From Trichoplax adhaerens (taxonomy: Eukaryota > Animalia > Placozoa): 64,000 nt of DNA. The notes below the pieces were generated by a model, which was given only the letters and a program-made list of their open reading frames with translations, did not search any database and was not told where the DNA came from. The DNA lies in contig NW_002060948.1 of NCBI RefSeq assembly GCF_000150275.1, positions 1,325,983 through 1,389,982 of the forward strand, in the 5' to 3' direction. The position numbers and the translations under genes were made by a program. This document shows, piece by piece, positions 53,301 to 64,000 of this stretch. Position 1 is the stretch's first letter; the number at the start of each line of letters is the position of its first letter.

Positions 53301-54331
53301 GAACAATTGTAATAAAATCTATCATCAATTACAACTACGTCTAAATGAATTAATATGCATCTACAAATATCATCCTGTACAGTATTGTAATATTAGCATG
53401 TATTCATTTAATCGAATCGATGTCCAATGGCTTCGCTTTCCCTAGCTAGGTATTTGTTTTCATCTTACTCATTTGCAGAATACGCGTACCGAAATCATCT
53501 ATCCTTGATACATGCTGTATAATATACAATGTGTAGTCATGAATTACAACTATGCTTGCAATATATTGCTAAATAGGAGTGGAAGTTGTTGTAGAGTACA
53601 ATAAGAATAAGTTACACGTATAAACATTATCTTGGTGCAAAGTGAAAGCTATCCATTGATAAATCTTTACTGGTACAGTAGAACTACATGATACCACTTC
53701 TCTCTCTACAAGTTTTCTATCAACCATACAGTAGCAATTAGCAAGCGGACAGTGGTTGGTTTGTACTGATCTGACATAGGATTTCTTGCAAGTAAACTTT
53801 TGCCGTACTAGCGTTCACTTTGCATTCTACAAATCCCTGGCTAATGGTTGTTGTTTAATTCCAAATTTGAATGCCATTCTCATGATCAACGGGGGTGGTT
53901 TATCGACATAGCGGGGTAGTCGGCATGATCGCTTTAATGAAATTATTACTTTATTAAAGCGATCGAATTATCTCTATGTATAACGCGCAGTGAAAGAAAT
54001 TGTATACTACGAATTCTTATTGATACTGCTCATGTCCTATTCACAAGTTTTATTACTCTATGAAAATTTTCTTGCAATGATTAGTACAACTGCTGTGTGT
54101 GCCTGGCCTAAGCTACAAGCTTCTTGCTCACAGCGTAGACAGGATTCATTAAAAATGAATTTATCGAATGTCAAATGGTCCATCCCAATTGACTCAAGTT
54201 ATTGTAACAATTGTATTGAATCCTTACCGACTTGATCCCAATCATTTCCTAGAATTATATTTTCATATATGACTCAGCATCGAAGTATTCAAGACGAACT
54301 TACCGTCAAATGATTCTTCTTCATTCGCCAT
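47365..54331 (-). CDS. TECPR2: Tectonin beta-propeller repeat-containing protein 2 (N-terminal WD40, acidic linker, C-terminal TECPR repeats, LIR)
   Basis: The 28-nt first coding exon MANEEESFD(G) at 54304-54331 splices in phase to the exon containing ELEPLDELLQLIPKK. Also WSPNGKRLFTGDASGKV, ACRPGLRLWKADVQGKVQTTMIFKDA, a poly-Lys stretch, tectonin repeats (VWAIDRNG, IYYRKGVTAENPFG) and C-terminus DESDWVCL*. Confidence 0.93.
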
Positions 54332-54490
54332 TGCTTGGGTGCAAGTGGTAATTCAAGCTGTCAATTTGGATAGATTGGAATACGGTAGTATTTTACTGTC
54401 TATCGATAGAGTTCTACCGCACATTAAATATTCTATCCTATCACGAATAACTTGAAGAATTGCCTTAGGGATTTTAGCAAATTGATTTCA

Positions 54491-55086
54491 CTGACAAAAT
54501 TGAAAGAAGGAGAAGAATGAATGATGAAGCTCAGACAGGTCAGATCATACGCGTTGACTGCATCAAGTGTCAACATACAGAGTGTTGAAGCGACTTTTTG
54601 ACGTCTGTACCGATGGTTGAACCTTCACCTGACAGCGAGTTTGGCCTAGAATTCTTTAGTCTACGCTGTACAGTGTACAGTACTGTACAGTACAGTAAGA
54701 ACAGTACAGTACTTTACACTATACACTGTACTATATAGTACTGTACTGTACTGTAGCTATCAGTGCACAACAACGGTGGTTCTACTGCACTGGTCATTGG
54801 CTGACAAGATTGAAATAAGGAGAAGAATGAATGATGAAGCTCAGACAAGTCAGATCATACTGTGTTACGCGTTGACTGCATCAAGTGTCAACATACAGAG
54901 GGTTGAAGCGAGTTTTTGACGTCTGTACCGATGGTTGAACCTTAACCTGACCGAGAGTTTGGCCTAGAATTCTTTAGTCTACTGTACGCGGTACAGTGTA
55001 CAGTAAGAACAGTACAGTACTGTACACTGTACTGTACTGTAGCTATCAGTGCACAACACCGGTGGTTCTACAGTACTCACTGGTCA
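54491..55086. repeat. Recent tandem duplication (310 bp period) in the TECPR2/DNAJC17 divergent promoter; each copy carries a TA-CWG-TA array
   Basis: Copy 1 54491-54796 and copy 2 54801-55086 are near-identical outside the TA-centred indels. Confidence 0.95.
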
Positions 55087-55185
55087 GCCAGCGACGCCTC
55101 ACTCAGTTTACGACGCACAGTTGCATACTTGCACGGGACGTCCTTTCACCAGTCAACCCCACTGACATGCGAAGCTCAAGTAAAA

Positions 55186-55195
55186 ATGACGTCAT
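55186..55195. promoter_or_regulatory. Perfect CRE palindrome ATGACGTCAT
   Basis: Exact 10-bp CREB/ATF consensus in the intergenic region between divergent TECPR2 and DNAJC17. Confidence 0.5.
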
Positions 55196-56269
55196 ACTAT
55201 TCGAGGCGAAGGTTTTTTTCTCAATCAATCTTATGAGTCTCACGTTGTTACTCTCAGCGGTAGTCCAGTTGGTTCATATGCTGTAGTGCTGTACGCATTT
55301 CATGACGAAATGCGTAACCGCAACCTACAATATGCAATTGCCGACGAATATTGACGAAAAAGCTTCGAGCAGTAGTTTGGAAATAAGATGCATTGAATTC
55401 GGCTAGTGGATCGGAAGGAACACTGCAGTTTGCTGGTATACACTTTCAATCGCTGTTGCCCCATCAGAACAATACGTTGTTTATTATTTAACTGTAAATA
55501 ACAAGAAATCACCAAGTCGTTCACAGATTATAAATAAATCTCTCTTTCATCTTTTTACTATACCTAGACTGATAGCTCACTTCAAGATCTTCTACAGTAT
55601 AATGACATCTTTAAATACGATAGACTGTGCAATGTGCATGCATTAATAATTACAACAAGGAGGATGATAGCAAAGTAAACTATTACTTGGTAAATTAAAG
55701 AGTTCATCACAGTTATAGTAAATTTCTTATTCTGAATTTGTTACAACATAGAAATGGATATACAATCCTGTTGCTATGCACTGCCCTAGTCTCTATCAGA
55801 ATTTCGAAAGATTTTTCCTAAGGAATCGATGTGGTACAGAGCAACTGAAAAATATACAATGAATTATAATCGACAAGAAAGAAATTAATAATAATTAAGC
55901 TAAAATAATGTTTGAGCTACTCCTAGCTATAGTAACTTATTATTTTGACTATGGAATGCCAAGCTATTATCAAATATGAAAATGATGACCAATTTATTCA
56001 TTTACTCCGAAAGGAGATGATTTCCCTGATTTTAAGAAGTATTTACAGTAAATATATTCCAAGCCCAAACTTCTGGCGTCTGTACGTTTGTGCACAATAA
56101 GGGCCAAATGACCATTCAGATATAGCACGGACGCACAGACGATGCTACTACTGGACCTTTTCTATACTGTAGTGCTGTAAACTGCGCTCTAGGGTTATCC
56201 AAATGATCTACTGTTGTCAATTGATTGAACTATTTTGCAAACTTTTACCTCAACTTCTTTGCTCACAAC

Positions 56270-58677
56270 ATGGGAGACATTACGAATATCGATTTATACC
56301 AATTTCTGGGTGTTCCAGACGATAGCACAGAAAAGGAGGTTAGATCACTTGTAGTATAATACGCTAAACTATGAACTTAGTAGTACTCCATGGATAAACT
56401 GACGAATCATGTCCAAATCGTGGCCCCCAAAGTTGACAATAATGGATAATCATTAGATTTCTGTAATTAAATATGCTACAACAGATAGAGTCCATTCGTA
56501 GCTCAGATCCTATTAATTGTAAAGTATGAGTTGTCAACTGAACAGGATGCTACATCAAGTAATATTATGCCCTTACTTACCTCATTATTTGATATACCTA
56601 CAGATAACAGTTTCAGCACACTTGATCATTGATGACTGTGGTCAGATCGTTTCTACGTTTCAATTTGCCAACAAGTGCTACGTAATCTCTGTCTTACAGA
56701 ATCTCGATGCAGTGATGAGTTCGATGATATTTCATGCTGATGCAGTGTCTTACGTGATATACTGTAAATCTATCACGATATTTTCCGAGAAATGATGTAG
56801 TCGTAGGTACCGTACATCAGTAGAATTATAATTAAAGTTATGCATAATTCCATACTCATACTGAATAGTACACTAGTTGCCTGCAGTGCTTGAGGTAACT
56901 TTATATAAGATCTTTACACAATAAGCATAGACCTGCCTGCAGTCTCGTAATATCTATGATTTGCAATGCTAAAAATTACCCAAATTTTACAACCTTTGTT
57001 CTGTATAAAACTTGAAATTATTTTTTACCTATGATTCTGACAGCATACAGAAAGAAAGCTATCAAGTGTCACCCCGACAAGAACCCAGATAATCCTGCAG
57101 CTGGTAAGTATTACATTTTCTTCGATATGACAGAGCAAGTACTTGTATGGGAATTACTACTCATGGACTACTGCATTCATGGCACAATCTATTTCGATGA
57201 TAGAGTATCATTTGCATTTACTCTACCGTCGTGTGCTTATACGAGCAAGAAAGATCACTGACTTTGATGCCCCAAATTTTATATTTTAATAGCTGAGACC
57301 TTTATCAAGCTTTCTAAAGCGGTCGAAATTTTGACTGATAAAGCGGCCAAGGTTCATCATAACGCAAATTCGTCAATTTTTGCTTGAGCACAGAGCATCG
57401 CTATTACAGAATGATAAAATATTTTACTTGTTGCTTGTATAGATAAGTTATGACCGACTACGTAAGGCACGTAAAGCGAAAGAAAAACGTGATGCTGCTC
57501 TAGATGCTACGAGAAAAAAATTTAAGCAAGGTCAGAATATTTGAGATGATTCGTATATTTAACTCTCGAACTGACTTTCTCTCATTTAATTCAGACTTGG
57601 AGGAAAGAGAAAGAAGCGTAAGAGATGACTATGTCGATGAAGCTGCAGAAGCAAAGAAATTGCGTGATCTTGTAAGACCTAATATGCATTATCCTTATTA
57701 AGATCGGATGGTTACGGTTTTGTAGGTCTACTAAAGGTCTATGCGTTGTAGGTCGAAAGAATAAGAGCGGACGGCTCTCGTAAACTGGAAGAAGAAAAAG
57801 AAATGTTAAGAAAGCAAATCGAAACAGAGATTGTTGAAAAAGGTATGCAAGTCATTTTATGAAATAGTTACTTAATTTCCTATACGTTTAATCCTACGCA
57901 CATTTTCTTCAAGCTGAAGCCCACGATAACGAACAAAAAAGTTACACATTGAAGGTCTGTACAATTATCAGTACATCTGACAAACTTCAGCAATTAAAAC
58001 TAATAAAACTTAATTTACAGGTTAGATGGAACTCTGCAAAAAGTGCTGATGCTAATCCTACGTATGATTATGATACATTAATGGAAATATTTAGAAAAGT
58101 AGGTATTAGAATTTTTTTCGAATTTTTCTATTATCTTAGTCGACATTTAATATAAATTTTTAACCTTCTACAACTTTGGCTATGGTTACTACATTTAGTT
58201 CGGCACTATTACTAATTTAGTAATTTCGGGGAAAAAGAAAGGCCTAGCTCTTGTTGAATTCAGCAGCTATTTGAGCGCAGTAAGATAAGAATTGTCATAT
58301 AAATTCCTATTCCTAGACTGCTCATCTAGCGATGTAAAAAATTTGTCAATCATCTCTAGCATGTTCTATCTGAGCAAGAATCTTTGGGAAGTTCAAGTGA
58401 TCCGTTAAGAATTTCTTGGGTTGGCGATAAGCCAACTCCTTCCACAAAATTTAATCGAACCCCATTTTCAAGTGAAAGCGCAAATTTTTCTAATCCTGTA
58501 GGAAAAAATTTTTGAAAATAACGGTCTTTATCATGGGTACATCTCGCTGAAAGTGTCAGTTTTATTATCTAGGGCCTGGTTAATGATCGTGATTACGAAT
58601 CCCTGACATTAATGCGTCTTCGACAAGCAGAAGAAAGAAAACGGTTGGAGGAACAAATTGCTACGGAAGATGACTAA
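56270..58677 (+). CDS. DNAJC17: DnaJ homolog subfamily C member 17 (Cwc23-like; J domain + RRM)
   Basis: MGDITNIDLYQFLGV...AYRKKAIKCHPDKNPDNP (HPD motif), LKVRW, KKKGLALVEF (RRM), RDYESLTLMRLRQAEERKRLEEQI. Stop TAA 58675-58677. Confidence 0.95.
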
Positions 58678-59269
58678 TGGACTCAAAGAATTTTTTGCAG
58701 TAATGATATTAGTACCAGCAATTTTACTTGTAAATAAGAAAAAAGGTGTCAAAATGCGTACCACTTTGTATATTATATACTATAGTCTCCACCTTTGTTT
58801 GGGACGACCTTTAGTATCGATAATACTGTAGTTCTTGGTCTGATATTTATTTACTTAGTACTTTTAAAATTGTACAATTTCATAATTAAAATTTTCAAAG
58901 TATTTTCATCCTTTTAACTAATACTTATCAGACATTCTCGTATTGTGCTAGTCAGATAGCAACGATTTATTGCTACGACGGTGGCAATCATCAGTGCAGT
59001 AGTGAAAGCCAACATTAATGGGAGTAAATTCATTTTTCACTAATTAAAGAGGCGATTTAGATTAGCATGCACGTACAATAAATCTCATTCAATTATCAAG
59101 AAGATAAGAATAGATTTACATAACTTTTGACCGATAGCACTATAGTAGCAGGCTCCAATTTAACAAACTTCCGGAAGCATCAAGCCTAGTCTAGCGTATG
59201 CCACATTTATTGTGATTAGTTATACTCTATATCATAGAGGTAAAACCTAGAGTAAGAATGGTCTGTTTA

Positions 59270-59465
59270 CGTCTATTGCTATCATAAGGGTTTATACGAG
59301 CTATCAACGAAATACTAAATACCAATAGTGATGCTGTAATGTACAGAGTTCGCGATAGGGTCTAGCTAGATACGTTTATCGCTACCACAAGGGTTTTATT
59401 GTCGATATGATATATGCAAATAGTGATCCTGTGATGCACAGAGGTCATGATAGGGTCTAGATAGG
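59270..59465. repeat. Diverged ~100 bp tandem duplication between DNAJC17 and RMDN
   Basis: AATAGTGAT.CTGT.ATG.ACAGAG.TC..GATAGGGTCTAG occurs twice (~59324 and ~59419). Confidence 0.7.
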
Positions 59466-60179
59466 TGTTTAGTGCATTCTATCCGTAGTACGATAGCATC
59501 GTATAACTGCTGGTATACATCTAGGCTGCAGTACCAGTGGCACTGATTGAGCTATGTGCGCTATTTACTATGTTATTATCTCGAGGGCTTTCATCTCTTA
59601 CCAAGTCATAACGTGTTACATGGTGTGCAAATTTTCCTTATAATTCAGTAGAACACAGTGTAGGTACTGCAATTAGTCTTGCGTCAGTAAATTATGCGAT
59701 TTTGTTGCAATATACTCTAGCACTCCTACTAGTATCGTACTTGAATTTGTAGTAGAATCTGCGTTGCTGATATACTAGCTACTACGCAACATCTCAGTTA
59801 CGCCTTTATACTGTATATGTAACAATACCGTTAATTACCGTTATACTATTCACTATCGGATATCAATTACAATCATAAACTTGTACCATTGCCTTATCTA
59901 TCCGATGTATCTGCGTATCTAAGTCTAATACTAGATATTATTCGGAGTATCGTGGGTGTTTCTATTTACTTGGTACATTTTACTACCATACACAGTATTG
60001 CATCCTTGCTTTAGCGATAAATAATCGAAGTATATCGTCAATGTATTGTATGCCACGTGAGAGTCAATCGACTAAGAATATTTAGAGCGGTAGCCATTAA
60101 TATAAATATTAGCCTGAATTGACTATAATTTATAAAGTTTGCTTTCGTCAAAGTAGAGATTTGATTACATAATTAAGAA

Positions 60180-63100
60180 ATGGCTTGGATATCTATTCCG
60201 TTACATGATGATAGCTATGTTGGTAAATTAAGCATTGCTGCAAGTGTTTTCTTGGCTATGGGAATTGGTAGTTACTCTCTATATTATTTGTTACGAAGGA
60301 GGAAGATAAAGACTTCTGAGATAGAGAAGAAATCGATAGATAATGATATTAAAAGTGATGGATTAGTAGTTTGTATTCATGAACTCAATCAAGCTATAAG
60401 TAACTTGAGATATGTTCGTTTGGAACATCAAGAGAATGGCTCTAAAAATGACGAGAAATCCCAACAACTAATCGTCTGCATCGATCGATTAGCGTCTCAA
60501 GTTGACCAACTTCGTCAATCTTTAGAAAATTTGCAAGAGAAAAAGGATACAACTACTGGCAGGCGTGATAGCATTGCTAGCAGCCAAAGTAGCGACAACT
60601 TTTTTGACGCAAGTGTAGAAGATGATGACGATGATGCCTATAATAGCGGGATTGATAGGTTGGTTATATGTAAAAAATATAGTTAAATAGGATATGCCAT
60701 TAAAATCAGTTTGGCATACTAATTCACTTTCTTACTCATCCTTGCAGTGTAAATGTATTCCATACTCTTATAACTTAGAAAATCACCTACTATTTGCAAA
60801 GAGAATAGTATATAACTTCCACATAAATAGATTACTTACTTTCAACAATGCTATGTATAACTTAGAAAATAAATTAGAAAATGAGTCACTGCATTCTATC
60901 TATGAGATTGAATACGTTCACTTGTTAATGATAGAATTTCTGTAGAAAGGCATTTAAATAAAATATGTTGACGATAACGTTTCAGATAATAAATAGTATG
61001 TAAAATTTTTATACCTTTACTAATATCAATCGCAACATCGCATACGATATTTTCCCTCTTTGTATATTTAATCAAATTAATAGACTTTATGAAATTACTC
61101 ATATAATGGCTAAGTAGCGGTAAACATAAAAAATTGAGTTAACCCCTTTATTCTATCATCAATTAAGCATGTAAATGACTATCAGCATTATCATCATTTG
61201 TGTACGGTATGTAACCCTGACAGCTTTATTCGTGTACATTGACAAGATTTAGAAGTCCGATTCAGTATCATCTATATGGAAGTTAACTGTGTTATTGAAA
61301 TTTTGAGTATCTAGTTTGCATTACAACAACTTCATTTAACTATTTATCATTTTAGATAGATGCATATAAATCTACTAACAACGTTTAATATGAATAAAGC
61401 TAAATGTCACAGTTTAAGGGTAGCACTTAGTAATTAATGATGGTAATCTCAATTTCATTTGCTAGCCTAACCTGAATAAATAATGTACTATAGAAGTTCT
61501 TGCTCTTGATAGACCATCAAGTGGTCTCCGCTACGAGTTATAGATTAAATCGAATGAGCGTAATGCAGTTAGAAGAAATATCTTCTGTCATCTAACAAAT
61601 TTAAAGTCAGATAGCTAACTCGTTACATTTTACTGCTACGTATATTGTAGTATTGCATAATTATATTAACAGAATAATATATTACAACTTGATGTAGACT
61701 ATTCTAATTCTAAGTTTATAAACAATCCTTTATTCTTACGTCAGTTCGTGCCTAATTTTACAGTTGTATTAAAATGCTTAATATGTTAGCCATAATTAAT
61801 ATTGGACTGTTAATTCAGTATTTCAAATAATTATTTTATCATATATTTCAATAGGATGGCATGGTAAAATATGTAGTCACAATCTCTGTCATATAGATCT
61901 ACTTAAAATCGCCTAAACTTTACTTTAAATTCTATAATACCAACTTTGATAGAGTCACATGAGGAGTTATTTAGCTTAAATGAATACTCGTGTATCTAGG
62001 AAATGAATTAATATACGATCCTATCTGTAATAAATTTATATTTTATATATTAACTCGTAAATAATTACGGTAGCATTACTATTTTTCATTGATTTAATAT
62101 AAAATTTACATTTTACTCTAATTTATAATAGATTTTTAAGTTGTGAATCTCTAGAAAGTATCCCAAATCGACAATCTAGATCAGATACAAGTATAAATTT
62201 GGATGAGGTACGGAGTTATTAACATTCATTGCAATATTGATGTTAATGTAATTTTTGAAAGAGTTCAGCTCTAGCTGAAAGAACCAGTTATCTTGCTATA
62301 GTTAAGAATATTCTCTATGATTGCTTTAAGCTTTTAAGATATGTTGATCAACTACACCGTAATTATGACCCCAAAAGTCGCCGCAAAGCTTTAGATAAGT
62401 TGAAAAGTATATATGGCAAGGTAAGCAAATTTGAAATTATCAATCTGTTTTACGTTGGCGGTTAACCCGCTACTGTTAATCATTTGTATAATAAAATTAT
62501 GGTAGATTATAAAAAAATTTAAAAGCTATAATTGTATGTTAACATTGTAGAGCATCTTAATTTATCAAGTATGTAATATTTCATTAAGGATTGCCGAGAG
62601 ATATCTTATAACTATTACAATCTCTAAACATTACCATATGCTGAAGATTATGTCTATTTCCTTTAATTGATCTTGTCGTGTGACTGAATAGAAAATTTTT
62701 GTCGTACTTGTTTCACATTGGTCTCTCAAACTTCAAATATAGTATCAAGAAAATGTACAAGTATTATGGAGATATGCTAGAGCACACCTTGAACTATGTG
62801 AATATGTCGATAAAGATGAAGCCAAAACACTAACATACAGTGCACTCGATATCGCCAAGAAAGTTCTATCTATCAATGATAGCTGTAGCGAAGGCCATAA
62901 ATGGTAACGTAATCTACCAATTTAGTTCTCTAGTTGATTGTCGACAGAAAAAACTTTGATCCATTACAACGTGTTCTATCCTTTTTGATGTCTGATAATT
63001 TAGGTACGGAATAGCCTTAGGTGCTATTATATCGTATGAAGGTAACAAGAAAAAAATAGAACTAGGCTTTGAATTTAAGGTAGAAATGGATAGAGCAATC

Positions 63101-63892
63101 GAATTAAACCCCGAAGATCATGAAGTTATGGGTTACATAGGAAGGTGGTGCTATGAGGTAATTGAAATACCTTTTGTCATCATTTATGTAGATCATTGAA
63201 TTTGTGAACTTTCAATCTTAGTGTGCATCATTATCATGGTATGAGAAAAAAGCAGCACGACTAATTTATGGTGATCTGCCGTCTGCCACTATCAGTGAAG
63301 CTCGAGAATATTTAATTAAAGTAAGAACTGAAAGTTTGGGATATATTTTTCACTTATACAAGCTAGCTAAGTTACATGTTTAAAATAATTTATGGGTGTG
63401 ATATCTTATACAGGCAGATGGAATGCAGCCTGGATATTCCAAAAATACGAGACTTTACGTAGGAAAAGTATGTGTACTGATACTAGTGAATACTATTAGT
63501 TTAATTAAATCTTATGAATTTCAATACAGGTCTTAGTCATTGTTTAATTCATCTTCCTTTGGCAACTAACATGTATTGTTAATTTTCTAGTGTTACCTAT
63601 ATGATAAAGATTATAGAAATGCACGTCACTGGCTCTTACAAGCCAAAGAAGTTGCTACTATAACTTCGCAGGCAAGTCTAAACTCTAATTATTTTGTTAC
63701 TTGTGTCAGTAATAACAGATAATTTGTGATTTAAAATCTATATGAACTCCTATAAAATATAGAAATTTATTCTTTAGGTGAGCGACAAATTTAAAAAATT
63801 TACCAATTTTATAATATTTGATTTCATATCTTAATGATATTTAGGATAGAGAAGCAGAAAAGGAGATTGAAAAGTTACTCTTACAATGCTGA
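60180..63892 (+). CDS. Regulator of microtubule dynamics protein, RMDN2/RMDN3 (PTPIP51)-like: N-terminal TM, coiled coil, FFAT motif, TPR domain
   Basis: N-terminal hydrophobic helix followed by RRRK, coiled coil, DNFFDASVEDDDD. TPR-region motifs VLWRYARA, GHKWYGI, DRAIELNPED, GRWCYE, LSWYEKKAA..IYGDLPSATI. Stop TGA 63890-63892. Confidence 0.92.
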
Positions 63893-64000
63893 TGGAGATC
63901 TATTCTGAATTGTTATTTTTTTGTACCCTCTTTTGGAAACGATTGTTGCCACCAAGTTATAAGCTGTCTGATTAATTAAAATCATATAGTTACCATGAAT

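Noticed and set aside
1-64000. tRNA, rRNA, transposase or prokaryotic defence genes
   Set aside because: None recognisable by eye; a covariance-model scan would be needed to exclude small RNAs.

Overview
AT-rich, intron-dense eukaryotic (animal) genomic DNA with mostly ~70-150 nt GT-AG introns and short intergenic spacers. The style suggests an early-branching metazoan such as the placozoan Trichoplax (inference only). Nine protein-coding genes were reconstructed by hand: ERCC2/XPD (5' exons outside the window, one assembly gap), an unidentified WD40-like gene head-to-head with SDCCAG8, POLA2, BCAP31, an intronless Delilah/atonal-superfamily bHLH gene in a ~21 kb gene desert, TECPR2 head-to-head with DNAJC17, and an RMDN2/3 (PTPIP51-like) gene. 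Most short ORFs in the supplied track are exon fragments or noise. The most striking unexplained structure is the dense arrays of TA-CAG-TA / TA-CTG-TA / TA-CCG-TA / TA-CA(G/C)TG-TA units concentrated in housekeeping-gene promoters. Two local duplications show these units being gained or lost at single TA dinucleotides, which is the pattern expected of Tc1/mariner excision footprints. A TA-flanked MITE is also present. Other points: an RFX X-box in the SDCCAG8/WD40 promoter, E2F+CCAAT sites at POLA2, a near-canonical FFAT motif in RMDN, a C-terminal LIR in TECPR2, two GC-AG introns, an apparent TG acceptor in DNAJC17, and DNAJC17-RMDN microsynteny shared with human.
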